Sequence record: MK327936.1
Reading direction: 5' to 3' (one strand)
Length of the DNA: 64,000 nucleotides
Source of the DNA: Escherichia phage vB_EcoM_G2540
Positions 9,050 through 19,733 of this stretch are shown piece by piece. The position numbers and the translations under genes are program-made. Below the pieces are notes generated by a model that made no database searches, had not been told where the DNA came from, and worked only from the letters and a program-made list of their open reading frames with translations. Numbering within the stretch: position 1 is the first letter of the stretch; the number at the start of each line of letters is the position of its first letter.

Positions 9050-10369
9050 TCACACATAAAACACATCATAACGACCACGGGTAACACCAACATAAAGAAG
9101 TTGTTGGGCCAATTCAGCATCTGCATAATGAATACAAGGCGTATAAATGAAAGCACGGTCTACAGACATACCCTGAGCTTTATGGAATGTTGATGCAGGA
9201 AGTGCTTTCACTTTACTAAACTGTGATTTAGCATCCCAAAAATCACTCCATGGAGCTTTTCCGCCTTTGTTCCAATTTTTATAAGTTTCTGCCGTTTTAC
9301 CTAAAAATAGGTTAAACTTATATAACTCTTCATCAGATGAAATTATTTTAATCTTTTCACGATAATATTCATCATCGCCGTAAGTTTCTACTGTTAAATC
9401 CCAATGACGAATTAAGTATTCTCCAGGAACACCACGAGCTTTAACAAACGTCGATGTATACTCTGCTTCTATAATACGAACTAATTGTCCGTTATTAAAA
9501 ATAATTTCTGACACAGGCTTTCCATCAATTTTATATGTTTTAATTAATGGTTCCTGCATTACAATAATTTCACCGACAATAAAATCTTTATCAGTTTCAA
9601 AAATCTTTTTACGAATAATGCTATTTAACTTGTCAACAGATTTATTCGTAAATGCCATTACGCGATTTTCAAACAAATCATCTAGTGATTTTACGATTGA
9701 AAAATAATTTACCATAAAATCGCGTAAAGCGGTATCACCAGTAAATCCACGTACTCCATGCCCGTCAACAATTTTATCATAAATCCACTTACCGTTACGA
9801 ACGTCAGTAGCTACATCAATAATAGGAGCATTACTGCGTTTAACTTCAGTGAGTTCACACTGATAAAAATCTTTGTGTGTAAAGAATGGACTGATATAAG
9901 CAGTGTTTTCTCCTGGGTCAACAGGTCTAATCTGCTTATTATCACCTATTCCAATTATAGTACACCACGGCGGGATAGTTGAAAGCAAAATTTTGAAGAG
10001 CTTTCTATCATACATTGACACTTCGTCGCAGATTAATACCCTGCATTTAGCTAAATCTGGTACTTCTTTTTGTTCAAAAAGAACGTTTTCTTCATACGTA
10101 ACTGGGTTAATTTTAAGAATACTATGAATAGTACTCGCTTCTTTCCCTGACAGTTTTGAAAGAATCTTTTTAGCCGCATGCGTAGGAGCTGCTAAAATAA
10201 TACCAGTTTCACCCGTAGATATTAAAGCTTCAATGATGAACTTAGTAAGAGTAGTCTTACCAGTACCGGCAGGTCCATTAATAGTTACATGGTGTTTCTT
10301 TTCTTTAATAGCCTTCATAACAATGTTAAAGGCATTTTTCTGGCCTTCGGTCAAATCATCAAATGTCAT
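9050..10369 (-). CDS. dda: Dda DNA helicase (SF1B), 439 aa
   Basis: 439 aa as in T4; Walker A GPAGTGKTT; N-terminus MTFDDLTEGQKNAF. Confidence 0.85.
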   Translation of the reverse strand: MTFDDLTEGQKNAFNIVMKAIKEKKHHVTINGPAGTGKTTLTKFIIEALISTGETGIILAAPTHAAKKILSKLSGKEASTIHSILKINPVTYEENVLFEQKEVPDLAKCRVLICDEVSMYDRKLFKILLSTIPPWCTIIGIGDNKQIRPVDPGENTAYISPFFTHKDFYQCELTEVKRSNAPIIDVATDVRNGKWIYDKIVDGHGVRGFTGDTALRDFMVNYFSIVKSLDDLFENRVMAFTNKSVDKLNSIIRKKIFETDKDFIVGEIIVMQEPLIKTYKIDGKPVSEIIFNNGQLVRIIEAEYTSTFVKARGVPGEYLIRHWDLTVETYGDDEYYREKIKIISSDEELYKFNLFLGKTAETYKNWNKGGKAPWSDFWDAKSQFSKVKALPASTFHKAQGMSVDRAFIYTPCIHYADAELAQQLLYVGVTRGRYDVFYV

Positions 10370-10677
10370 CGTAAATTCCCTGCAATTGGTATACTAACAA
10401 TACGCCCAGTATCTAAAATTCGCTGATATAATCTTTGCGTGTCTACGTCAGGCTTAACATGTTTAACTTCTATTTTATTAAACCAAAACTTGCGTGGAGT
10501 CTCAACTAATCTTGGAATTCCCTTACCTAAAGCTAGTCGATACTGCTCTTTAAGAGTAGTAAATACTTTATCAGCAATATTCCATTCAAAAAATACAGCA
10601 GGACGATGTTCATCAAGCGGAACTGGCGCCGTAAATCCGTCTTTGTCTCGGTAAACTATCGCATATACATAAACCAT
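10366..10677 (-). CDS. hypothetical protein (dda.1 position)
   Basis: 103-aa ORF overlapping dda start; synteny. Confidence 0.5.
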   Translation of the reverse strand: MVYVYAIVYRDKDGFTAPVPLDEHRPAVFFEWNIADKVFTTLKEQYRLALGKGIPRLVETPRKFWFNKIEVKHVKPDVDTQRLYQRILDTGRIVSIPIAGNLR

Positions 10678-10678
10678 A

Positions 10679-11425
10679 TTATCCTCGGATAAGTTTAAAA
10701 ATTGAACAATTTAGCGGGTATCCTCTTTTCAGTTTAAGTTTATCAATAAAAGACAAATTTTGATACCGCTCTACACCTTGAATAATTTTATCACACATAT
10801 CATATTGCATTTCTGCTTCTGACAGCTTTTTCACAATTTTCCAATCCGAGCCTTTAAGAAGAACGTTCAATTTAACAACTTCAGCGCCTTCTGCTATGCG
10901 AGAACCATCAATACGTGCTTTAAGTGCTATAATCCTTAGCTTAATGTCAGAGGTCTGTTTTGATTTAGAAAGCTGAGAAATGTGTTCAATTCGGTTTTCA
11001 CGTTTTTTCTGTATAGCTTTAATTTGATTATAAGTCTTTTTGATTTTAGCCCATTTCTTTTCATCTAAATTTAGTTTATGAACTTTTTTCGCAGATGAAC
11101 GACCAATTCGCAAAGCAAATAAATCACGCTTTTCGATCAACTCTTCTAAAGTATAATCAGAACGAAATGTATTATACTTTTTCTTTACTGCAATAACATT
11201 CCCTTTAATGTATCCAACGTTATTATCAAAACGTTCTAATGATAATTTCTCTCCTTCAATACGATTATCAAAAGGTTCTCCTGAATAGGCACAAACTTTT
11301 TGATCTAAAATATTCTTAATATAATTGAAGTCTAAGTTAAAATCTTTAGAACGTCTTTTTGCAGATGCCTGAGTATGCTCTAGACGACGTTTAATTTTAC
11401 GAATTTGGTTATTAGACAGCTTCAT
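10679..11425 (-). CDS. srd: Srd-position protein, 248 aa
   Basis: between dda.1 and modA as srd is in T4, similar size; assigned by synteny only. Confidence 0.45.
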   Translation of the reverse strand: MKLSNNQIRKIKRRLEHTQASAKRRSKDFNLDFNYIKNILDQKVCAYSGEPFDNRIEGEKLSLERFDNNVGYIKGNVIAVKKKYNTFRSDYTLEELIEKRDLFALRIGRSSAKKVHKLNLDEKKWAKIKKTYNQIKAIQKKRENRIEHISQLSKSKQTSDIKLRIIALKARIDGSRIAEGAEVVKLNVLLKGSDWKIVKKLSEAEMQYDMCDKIIQGVERYQNLSFIDKLKLKRGYPLNCSIFKLIRG

Positions 11426-11451
11426 ATTTTTCTCACATCTTACGGACGGTT

Positions 11452-11481
11452 AACTACTTATACTATAACATTTTTACCTTA
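11452..11481 (-). promoter_or_regulatory. candidate T4-type early promoter
   Basis: plus gtaaac 11476-11481; weaker -10 (plus actata region 11452-11458). Confidence 0.35.
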
Positions 11482-11548
11482 ACTTGTAAACAACTTTATG
11501 TAAAAATGCTTTAAAACTTTCATGGTATAATGAATCTAAGTCCTTCCA

Positions 11549-12151
11549 TTATAGATTAAATCCTTCAAAATCAAGAGTATAGATAGTGTATGTTGAATAC
11601 TTTTTGTACTCATATCTATCTGCAATTCTAAATACACTTCCAGCTGGTATCATTACTTCTTGTTCATCTGAAACTAATTCCATATTACGATAACGATGGC
11701 TATCCGGAAACTTAAAGTTTGGATTGTATTCTTTACAACGTAGAGCTTTTATAGCATACTCCTGGAAATTGAATACCATAGGAGCTTTGAATTCAAAAAT
11801 AACTTGTGTGTTATACTCTAAACCGGAAGCAAAATGTAGAGCTATATTTTTATCATATGAAGCTGATACGACTTTATCAAATGTAATAATATCAATTCCT
11901 TGATTTAATACTTGCTTAGTCTCAGCTGGAACACCTCTCCAAAGAGGTTTATCGTTTGGTTCCAAACGAGATTTGATTATTTCATTTAACCAAGTATGGT
12001 CATCTGGTTTATTAGTAATACAATGAATTAAAAGTTCAATTTCAGATAAATTAAACCCTTCAGAAAGTAATTCTTCACGAATAGAAGCACGCACCGATGC
12101 ATCCATTGATTTTATTTTAAAATCTTTTAGTTGCATTACTGAGTATTTCAT
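11549..12151 (-). CDS. modA: ADP-ribosyltransferase ModA, 200 aa
   Basis: 200 aa as in T4 ModA; adjacent paralogue of 207 aa (ModB); start overlaps modB stop. Confidence 0.7.
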   Translation of the reverse strand: MKYSVMQLKDFKIKSMDASVRASIREELLSEGFNLSEIELLIHCITNKPDDHTWLNEIIKSRLEPNDKPLWRGVPAETKQVLNQGIDIITFDKVVSASYDKNIALHFASGLEYNTQVIFEFKAPMVFNFQEYAIKALRCKEYNPNFKFPDSHRYRNMELVSDEQEVMIPAGSVFRIADRYEYKKYSTYTIYTLDFEGFNL

Positions 12152-12771
12152 TCAACTACCTCAATATCATAAACTTTAAATGTTCCAAATGAATCGTGTA
12201 ATTTTTCTTTTGAAATAGAAGTTATTCTATACTTTCCAATTGGAATCATCCATTCTTGTTCACGCACAATCATCATTAAGTTATCAGTACGCTCTGAATC
12301 TAGCCCATCAGTATCTTCATACGTGTACTTAAACTCAGTATTAGGAGAAGAAAGTATAATATCGCTGATATGGTCAGAATAATTAAAAGCTTTATCAGTT
12401 TTTAAGCGAAATATTATTTCAGTGAAATACTCAACATAAGAAAAACCACATGCTGTGTGCAAACTAGTAGTAAATGAATCTACCCTATTCGTTGAAAACA
12501 CTTCTCCAACTTGTAAATCTTTAATGAGTTCTTTTGTCGATTTTGATATACCACGATATAACTGATAAGGTGATTTAGTTAAATGCTTTTTAACGATTTT
12601 ATTCAACTGCCGATGAAGAGCTTCATTCTTTTTAGCTTCCATACATTGCCAAAGAATTGACTGCTCAAAGTCAGTAAATTTTTCACAGACTTTTTTATAC
12701 ATATCATATTGAAAATCAACGCTTTCAGCTTTTATAGATAACTGTTCAACATCTGCAAGATTAATAATCAT
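12148..12771 (-). CDS. modB: ADP-ribosyltransferase ModB, 207 aa
   Basis: 207 aa as in T4 ModB; paralogous to the downstream 200-aa ORF. Confidence 0.7.
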   Translation of the reverse strand: MIINLADVEQLSIKAESVDFQYDMYKKVCEKFTDFEQSILWQCMEAKKNEALHRQLNKIVKKHLTKSPYQLYRGISKSTKELIKDLQVGEVFSTNRVDSFTTSLHTACGFSYVEYFTEIIFRLKTDKAFNYSDHISDIILSSPNTEFKYTYEDTDGLDSERTDNLMMIVREQEWMIPIGKYRITSISKEKLHDSFGTFKVYDIEVVE

Positions 12772-12797
12772 GATAGCCTCCGTATACTTCAGAAGCT

Positions 12798-12827
12798 ATC
12801 ATATCATCGTTAGAAAGGAAAGTAAAC
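12798..12827 (-). promoter_or_regulatory. T4-type early promoter
   Basis: plus gtaaac 12822-12827, 18-bp spacer, plus atcata 12798-12803 (-10 TATGAT). Confidence 0.5.
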
Positions 12828-12838
12828 AACTTTTTGAA

Positions 12839-13021
12839 TTATTTTGCCCAGGGAGCCCAAGGCGGAGGGTCAAGATGGTATGAAGCTAGTTCTTCTAGAA
12901 GAGCATCTGGGGCTTCAATTCCATAATTCTGTAATACTATACGGTATTCTTTCTTATAATCACTAGAATCATTCTGGATATTCGTAGAATGATTATCTTC
13001 TAACATCTCAAATAAATCCAT
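12839..13021 (-). CDS. small hypothetical protein, 60 aa
   Basis: ORF in the modB-soc variable block. Confidence 0.35.
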   Translation of the reverse strand: MDLFEMLEDNHSTNIQNDSSDYKKEYRIVLQNYGIEAPDALLEELASYHLDPPPWAPWAK

Positions 13022-13029
13022 ACTAATTC

Positions 13030-13512
13030 CTAGCGATAAAAACCAAATTGACGATTAGCTTCAATAATCTTTCTTTCTTCTTCAGATATTCTCCAGCGTA
13101 GTCCAACATCAAAATGAGCCCAGACCATCTTAACAAATGCATTTATATCTTTAATATCTTCAATAATGAATGTTTTACTTTTAGAAGGTTGACCTGCTAA
13201 ATTAAGTGCTAATTTAACTTTATCGTCTTCAAACAGGGCAAAAAGACCATATTCATGAGCTCTTTTATAGCCTTTAATAGTTAAAGCTTCAGAAGAAGAA
13301 AACGGTGAATCAGTATTCTGTAAAATATCTTCAGTATGCTTTATAATTAGAATAACATTTTCTGGATATTTTCTTTCTTTTATATCTTTAATTAAAAGAT
13401 CCGGATTTTCTGCTAAAGGAATAATTAATGAGCATTTTTTATCAAGTGCATTTACTGATTTACCTTCTTTAGACATAAATTCTATTGAATAATGTTTTGC
13501 TACTTCAATCAT
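13030..13512 (-). CDS. hypothetical protein, 160 aa
   Basis: ORF in the modB-soc variable block; no motif recognised. Confidence 0.45.
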   Translation of the reverse strand: MIEVAKHYSIEFMSKEGKSVNALDKKCSLIIPLAENPDLLIKDIKERKYPENVILIIKHTEDILQNTDSPFSSSEALTIKGYKRAHEYGLFALFEDDKVKLALNLAGQPSKSKTFIIEDIKDINAFVKMVWAHFDVGLRWRISEEERKIIEANRQFGFYR

Positions 13513-13665
13513 GTGATTTCCTTTTGCCTACTAATGGGCCGTCAGGAATTTTGTTTTCCTGGATATATTTCTCATTTTCTTCCATCATTTTACTGCCAAT
13601 TTTAAGAAGCAAATCCAGTGCTTCATTTGCTTTTGCTTTAGCCTCTTCTAACGTTATATCTTTGT

Positions 13666-13869
13666 TCATGATTTATCACCATAGATGTCTCTCATCAATT
13701 TAAGCGCTGAGCGTTCTAATTTCTTTTCTTTCTCAGCACTAATCATTGATTTCATCCATTCTTCCGATTCGTTCTGCATTTCTTTATTTGCTTGTTCAAC
13801 CCAACCATCGTCAATATACATTGAGTTTGGTCTATTGAACCATTCAAGAATCTTCTTGGGAGCTTTCAT
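13666..13869 (-). CDS. small hypothetical protein, 67 aa
   Basis: ORF overlapping next gene by a few codons. Confidence 0.35.
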   Translation of the reverse strand: MKAPKKILEWFNRPNSMYIDDGWVEQANKEMQNESEEWMKSMISAEKEKKLERSALKLMRDIYGDKS

Positions 13870-14341
13870 TTATTTTACCTAAAACAATAGTAGGAGCATC
13901 GTCAAATTTATGAATTTTTAGTAAATTTGGATTTAACTTATTCCATAAAGAGGTAATAAAATATGATAGCGCACTTTCGTCCGTAATTATAAATTTATTT
14001 CCTTTATCTATTTTCCAATCATATATTGAATCATATGAATAGAAGGATAACGGTTTATTATTATAATATGCTTCACTAACATCAATATAGTTAGATTTAG
14101 TAAATGCTTGAATTGCCATAAATGGAGAATTTTGTACAGTTTCAATAATTCCGATCTTTTTAAGTTTTATTTCAACATCTTCTGGAATTGGCATTGAAAT
14201 AAAATCTTCTACTAGATACATGTTATTGTCATATCTTTTATCAATCATTACTGCTACGGTAATTGGAACATCCTTGACAAACGCCATACTAATACTATTG
14301 ATAAACATTTCAAACAAAATTGCTTCCATAATTTTCCTCAA
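13844..14341 (-). CDS. hypothetical protein, 165 aa
   Basis: ORF; no motif recognised. Confidence 0.45.
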   Translation of the reverse strand: MRKIMEAILFEMFINSISMAFVKDVPITVAVMIDKRYDNNMYLVEDFISMPIPEDVEIKLKKIGIIETVQNSPFMAIQAFTKSNYIDVSEAYYNNKPLSFYSYDSIYDWKIDKGNKFIITDESALSYFITSLWNKLNPNLLKIHKFDDAPTIVLGKINESSQEDS

Positions 14342-14679
14342 TCACAAGATGTAGATGAACAACTAGAATCACAAGAACTTCCACATGAATCACCTGCCCA
14401 TACGTGAACAGGAACATTTGTATCATATGAATCAGAACTAGACTGTGTTTTCTGTGCATTAGATGATGTAGTAGGTGTTGACCAGCGCCAAGGATTTTTA
14501 TAATATTCTTGGGCTTCTTCATAAGTCATAGTAACTGCTTCTACTGTTCCATCTCCCATATAAACATACTCAACTACAGTTAAAGGAAGGTAGTCATTTG
14601 AAATAGGAACTACACCTTCTCCGGGAGTTGTAGAGAAAAAATCTGTAAAGAAACTTTTAAACCAATTAAAGATAAACAT
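14338..14679 (-). CDS. hypothetical protein with Cys/Ser-rich C-terminal tail, 113 aa
   Basis: C-terminus ...[20 protein letters not shown] (five Cys in 18 aa). Confidence 0.45.
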   Translation of the reverse strand: MFIFNWFKSFFTDFFSTTPGEGVVPISNDYLPLTVVEYVYMGDGTVEAVTMTYEEAQEYYKNPWRWSTPTTSSNAQKTQSSSDSYDTNVPVHVWAGDSCGSSCDSSCSSTSCD

Positions 14680-14885
14680 TACAAAAAGCCTTTCTTGAAT
14701 TCGACTTGCTTCTCACCATAATCATATCGAATTTCTGCATTAAATTCGACAGAACCATCTGCGTACATCATAAATGAATGCACAACAACTTCTGTAGACC
14801 ATGGTTGTAGTTCATATTTCTTCATTACGTGTCGTGAAATGATAATATCTAAATCTTCATTCGGTTTAATCCAACGATTTAACAT
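14679..14885 (-). CDS. small hypothetical protein, 68 aa
   Basis: ORF directly downstream of an early promoter. Confidence 0.4.
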   Translation of the reverse strand: MLNRWIKPNEDLDIIISRHVMKKYELQPWSTEVVVHSFMMYADGSVEFNAEIRYDYGEKQVEFKKGFL

Positions 14886-14912
14886 AGCGCTCTCCTCTAT
14901 AAGATAATTCTA

Positions 14913-14941
14913 TTATACCATACTCATTTTGGAAAGTAAAC
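14913..14941 (-). promoter_or_regulatory. T4-type early promoter
   Basis: plus gtaaac 14936-14941, 17-bp spacer, plus attata 14913-14918. Confidence 0.5.
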
Positions 14942-14950
14942 CATTTAAAT

Positions 14951-14977
14951 GAAAAAAGGACTCCCGAAGGAGTCCTT
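14951..14977 (-). terminator. intrinsic terminator after soc
   Basis: aggactc-ccgaa-ggagtcct hairpin followed on the transcript by a U-run; lies just 3' of the soc stop. Confidence 0.6.
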
Positions 14978-14983
14978 GAATTA

Positions 14984-15229
14984 TTAACCACCAGTTACTT
15001 TCCACAAATCTTCGTTTGCAGCAATCCATTCAGTACGCTGATTTTCTTCATATACAGTAGTATATGCTGCTTTTTCTGAAGGGAACGTCTGGTAATGAGC
15101 ACCAGAAATTTTGTGAACGTCAGAATAAAGAGGGAAAGCTACTGAAATTTCCTTTCCTTCAATTTTCTTATTTCCATCTAATTTCTGCTCAAATGTTTTG
15201 ATATTAACATAACCGCGAGTACTAGCCAT
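14984..15229 (-). CDS. soc: small outer capsid protein Soc, 81 aa
   Basis: MASTRGYVNIKTFEQKLDGNKKIEGKEISVAFPLYSDVHK... matches recalled T4 Soc; late promoter upstream. Confidence 0.8.
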   Translation of the reverse strand: MASTRGYVNIKTFEQKLDGNKKIEGKEISVAFPLYSDVHKISGAHYQTFPSEKAAYTTVYEENQRTEWIAANEDLWKVTGG

Positions 15230-15259
15230 GTAATTCTCCTTTTATTTAAATTACATGAT

Positions 15260-15267
15260 TATTTATA
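15260..15267 (-). promoter_or_regulatory. late promoter (TATAAATA) for soc
   Basis: plus tatttata at 15260-15267 is the reverse complement of the T4 late consensus TATAAATA, ~30 bp upstream of the soc start. Confidence 0.6.
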
Positions 15268-15297
15268 ATAAATTCTCGCGGCTTTTAAGACGAGCTG

Positions 15298-15816
15298 TTA
15301 ATAACCTCGGTCTTGACGAGCGAAATTTTCAGCATTTTTCAGATAATAAAGTTTAAAGATTTCTTCAGCCGTAAGACCGAGGCCTTGGAACATGTTCAGA
15401 ACGAAATGAAGAATATCAATCATTTCGAATTTAATTTCCAACTGGTCTTGTGGAGACAAATCAGTAATCAGAGTTTCACGTCGTTCACCATGTTGAGCTT
15501 TCCAAGGCTTCCATACAGCAGATGCATCTTTTTCACCATTGCTCATACCACCAAGAGAAGTCAGAAGTTCGCGGAATTCATCATCAATATAATCTTTCTG
15601 ATTACGCAGCCAATCAACAACTTCACCTGCAGTAGCCAAATCATCAGGATGACGGTTATATTCAGGTTTATCTTTAGCTAAACGAATCTGCAGAGATTTC
15701 TGCATGTCAAGCATTACCTGCAGCGGGTCTTTTTCATCACCGAGAATATCCCAATATTCATTTTGAGCTTTATCAGCGCCTTCGATCAGTTGACTACATT
15801 CGTTAAAGTAAGCCAT
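15298..15816 (-). CDS. 56: dCTP pyrophosphatase (dCTPase/dUTPase, MazG-like), ~171 aa
   Basis: matches recalled T4 gp56; start placed at MAYFNE giving 171 aa (ORF track extends to 15831). Confidence 0.75.
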   Translation of the reverse strand: MAYFNECSQLIEGADKAQNEYWDILGDEKDPLQVMLDMQKSLQIRLAKDKPEYNRHPDDLATAGEVVDWLRNQKDYIDDEFRELLTSLGGMSNGEKDASAVWKPWKAQHGERRETLITDLSPQDQLEIKFEMIDILHFVLNMFQGLGLTAEEIFKLYYLKNAENFARQDRGY

Positions 15817-15876
15817 TATTTTTCCTTTCAATTCATCAATAAGTTAAATAATTATATCATTTGAGTATGTAAGCAA

Positions 15877-17216
<1,340 letters not shown>

Positions 17217-17241
17217 TATATCATCCTCAGCAATTTATTTT

Positions 17242-17271
17242 ATAATACCATAACAAGCTGAGAAAGTAAAC
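17242..17271 (-). promoter_or_regulatory. T4-type early promoter
   Basis: plus gtaaac 17266-17271, 18-bp spacer, plus ataata 17242-17247; upstream of the nuclease-like ORF and dam. Confidence 0.5.
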
Positions 17272-17315
17272 AAATTTATGAAATTTGTGATAAATATTAA
17301 TTTAAAGGAGGACAT

Positions 17316-17516
17316 ATGGCACAAAAATTAATGGCACTTGTTAATGCCATAAAAGGTAATAAAAAACGTATAGCTTTTACTATTTCTGCTATGGTAGGAA
17401 TTTTACTCTGGAACTTTATTTTATCACCAATTGCAATTGCGCATGGTGTTAATATTCCAGTAGTTACTCTTGATACATTCGTAGATCTAGCATTTGCTTT
17501 AGTTGGGTTAATTTAA
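17316..17516 (+). CDS. small hydrophobic (membrane) protein, 66 aa, plus strand
   Basis: strong Shine-Dalgarno AAGGAGG 5 nt upstream of the ATG; hydrophobic sequence; GATAAATA (one mismatch to the late consensus) at 17289-17296. Confidence 0.5.
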   Translation: MAQKLMALVNAIKGNKKRIAFTISAMVGILLWNFILSPIAIAHGVNIPVVTLDTFVDLAFALVGLI

Positions 17517-18541
17517 ATCTTGGCATATTTAGATAACCGCATTTTAGCCATTAACCCCTGGGCAATATTATTTTTCATATATTCCATAATTTGTTCAGGG
17601 GTTGCACCTTCCTTTCTAATCATATCATTAACATCTTTTGATTTCCAGGGAGATTTATCCCAAAACATAACCCTTTCTCCTGCATCAACTAATTTAGTCA
17701 TTCGCTTGATAGTGTCAGGGTGACGAGGCTCATTATCTAAAACCCACACTCGTCTATCTTTAAATGGAACAACTTCTAGGTCTAATTGACCACCCGTAAT
17801 AGCTATACCATTTTCAATAAAAAGTGAATCTATAGGTCCTTCTAGAACATATACATCACCATCTTTAACTCGTTCGACTCCATATATTTTTGTTGCCTCA
17901 GGATAAGCTTTGATGGTGATATATTTTTGAGGAGCATCTTTCTTTAATGCACGTCCTTGAAAAGACTCAGCTTTTCCATTAGCATTATAAATTGGAATAA
18001 CAAGACGAGGCTCAGAAATTTCCTTTTTGTATGTTCCCGGTGCTATGCTATTAACTAATTTAGGCCATTCGGTTGTAAACCAAAGATATTTCCATTTATC
18101 CTTTGGAATACAACGAGCTTTTACATATTTTATAATTGGATGGTCTTCCGCCAGTTTATCTAATCTAACACATGACGGAAGAGATTTAATTATTTTCTTC
18201 TCAGGATGTTTAGGAAGTTCTTTAGGTTTTTCTACTGGACGACTTTTACCTTTTTCTTTTCTTATTTCAAAGATATACTCACGATATAAATCAGGTTCAA
18301 ACTCCTTTAAATATATTCCGATTGGCGCATGATAGTTACAGTTATAACAATGAATATTTCCTTCATTATTATCACCATAATACCATCCACGCGCTTTATT
18401 TTGGTCGGTTTTTGAATCTCCACAAACTGGGCATCTAAACCGTAATTTAAAAGTTGAACTATTATTTACTTGTGTGAATTTAGGTAAATGAGCTAATGCA
18501 CGATATGCAAACTCATTATCAATCCAAGCTATTGATGACAT
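17513..18541 (-). CDS. 61: DNA primase gp61, 342 aa
   Basis: 342 aa as in T4; N-terminal zinc-binding domain (CPVCGDS...CYNCNYH) and TOPRIM-like core. Confidence 0.85.
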   Translation of the reverse strand: MSSIAWIDNEFAYRALAHLPKFTQVNNSSTFKLRFRCPVCGDSKTDQNKARGWYYGDNNEGNIHCYNCNYHAPIGIYLKEFEPDLYREYIFEIRKEKGKSRPVEKPKELPKHPEKKIIKSLPSCVRLDKLAEDHPIIKYVKARCIPKDKWKYLWFTTEWPKLVNSIAPGTYKKEISEPRLVIPIYNANGKAESFQGRALKKDAPQKYITIKAYPEATKIYGVERVKDGDVYVLEGPIDSLFIENGIAITGGQLDLEVVPFKDRRVWVLDNEPRHPDTIKRMTKLVDAGERVMFWDKSPWKSKDVNDMIRKEGATPEQIMEYMKNNIAQGLMAKMRLSKYAKI

Positions 18542-18544
18542 TCT

Positions 18545-18709
18545 TTACTCTTCTTTTTCTTTAGATTCCTCTTTTTTCTTTTTAGGAATCTGTTCAGGAC
18601 CTTTATTTACTACAGCACCTGATGTTGTTCCAGTAGAGATATTTTCAGGATTACCACCTGAATCTCCAGCAACCATATCTTCTTTAATAAATTCTTTATA
18701 TGTTTTCAT
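18545..18709 (-). CDS. small protein with internal-protein-like N-terminus, 54 aa (61.1 position)
   Basis: hand translation MKTYKEFIKEDMVAGDSGGNPENISTGTTSGAVVNKGPEQIPKKKKEESKEKEE; below the ORF-track cut-off. Confidence 0.45.
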   Translation of the reverse strand: MKTYKEFIKEDMVAGDSGGNPENISTGTTSGAVVNKGPEQIPKKKKEESKEKEE

Positions 18710-18710
18710 A

Positions 18711-19067
18711 TTAACCTCTATTCATAAAAGCATTAAAAATTTGGTCATCAATAGATGGAATAGCAACCTTTTCGGCATCATTTAGCAAATCATTAATTTC
18801 ATCAGATAGCATAACACATGTGCCTTTATTTCCTGTAATTGTTACTGCACAATTACGAACGTTTTCTTTATTAAATTTTAGGTTAATATTTTCGTAATGA
18901 AAATCCTTTAATGCTGAATATATTTTTAAAATAAAATTGTCTTTTACTACAATAAACCCAACCTCACTATTAAAACGTGGTTCATGGAAACTGTAATAAA
19001 CCTTTTCATCTATAAAATCGTATGAAATTTTTTCCATTTTTAAATATGAAAATTCAGAACTATACAT
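18711..19067 (-). CDS. hypothetical protein, 118 aa (61.2 position)
   Basis: ORF between gene 61 and sp. Confidence 0.45.
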   Translation of the reverse strand: MYSSEFSYLKMEKISYDFIDEKVYYSFHEPRFNSEVGFIVVKDNFILKIYSALKDFHYENINLKFNKENVRNCAVTITGNKGTCVMLSDEINDLLNDAEKVAIPSIDDQIFNAFMNRG

Positions 19068-19079
19068 ACTAACCTCTAA

Positions 19080-19373
19080 TTACTCACCTACCACTTCAGC
19101 GATGATATTTTTATTATTAAAGTTTTTATCGCAATACAGAACATAATTATACTGCATTACACCACCAGATTTAAGTTGTTTTTGCACTTCAGCTTTCATT
19201 TCAGGACGATCACGTTCAACGATATTCATAATATCCGCTTCAATTTGAATTTCAACTTCAGTCTGATCTGCAGTCATAGACCATTCGCACAAATCTTTGT
19301 CATAACCCGCCATAGCAGGCTGAGCAGCGCAAGAAGATAAAGCAAAAATTGCAGCAAAGATAAATTTTTTCAT
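19080..19373 (-). CDS. sp: Spackle-like periplasmic protein, 97 aa
   Basis: 97 aa with signal peptide (MKKFIFAAIFALSSCAAQPAMA); size and position as T4 sp (superinfection exclusion). Confidence 0.6.
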   Translation of the reverse strand: MKKFIFAAIFALSSCAAQPAMAGYDKDLCEWSMTADQTEVEIQIEADIMNIVERDRPEMKAEVQKQLKSGGVMQYNYVLYCDKNFNNKNIIAEVVGE

Positions 19374-19401
19374 GATAATCTCCTCAGTAGTTTATGTTTA
19401 T

Positions 19402-19431
19402 ATAGTATCTCAATTTCCAATAAAAGTAAAC
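19402..19431 (-). promoter_or_regulatory. T4-type early promoter
   Basis: plus gtaaac 19426-19431, 18-bp spacer, plus atagta 19402-19407. Confidence 0.45.
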
Positions 19432-19433
19432 AG

Positions 19434-19733
19434 TTATTTTAAAACTTCTGCATAATCACATGTTACAAACTGTTTCTCTAACTTGGCGATTTTACGAAAG
19501 TATCTTTTGCATTGACGAATCTGTCGCTTTGTAGGGCGCACAGCAAACTTAATAAATTCCACTCGACCAAATGGAGGGCTTTCTTCTGCCGGAATATCTA
19601 ATACTAATTCCCACGTATCTGCAATAAGTGCTTTGAATTGAGTATTTTTCCTGACATTATACGGAGTAGGTTTAAATAAAACGATATGCATATTATCCTC
19701 GGCAATCCACTTCACATACCTTCTTGTCATCAA
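19434..19733 (-). CDS. hypothetical protein, 99 aa (61.4 position)
   Basis: ORF between dmd and sp; overlaps dmd 3' end. Confidence 0.45.
   Translation of the reverse strand: MMTRRYVKWIAEDNMHIVLFKPTPYNVRKNTQFKALIADTWELVLDIPAEESPPFGRVEFIKFAVRPTKRQIRQCKRYFRKIAKLEKQFVTCDYAEVLK

Noticed and set aside
10679-11425. Possible degenerate HNH-like motif in the Srd-position protein (CAYSGEPF...LSLERFDNNVGYIKGNVIAVKKKYN)
   Set aside because: The catalytic His residues are absent (ER in place of DH); the resemblance is too weak to call a nuclease, so the gene is left as Srd by synteny only.
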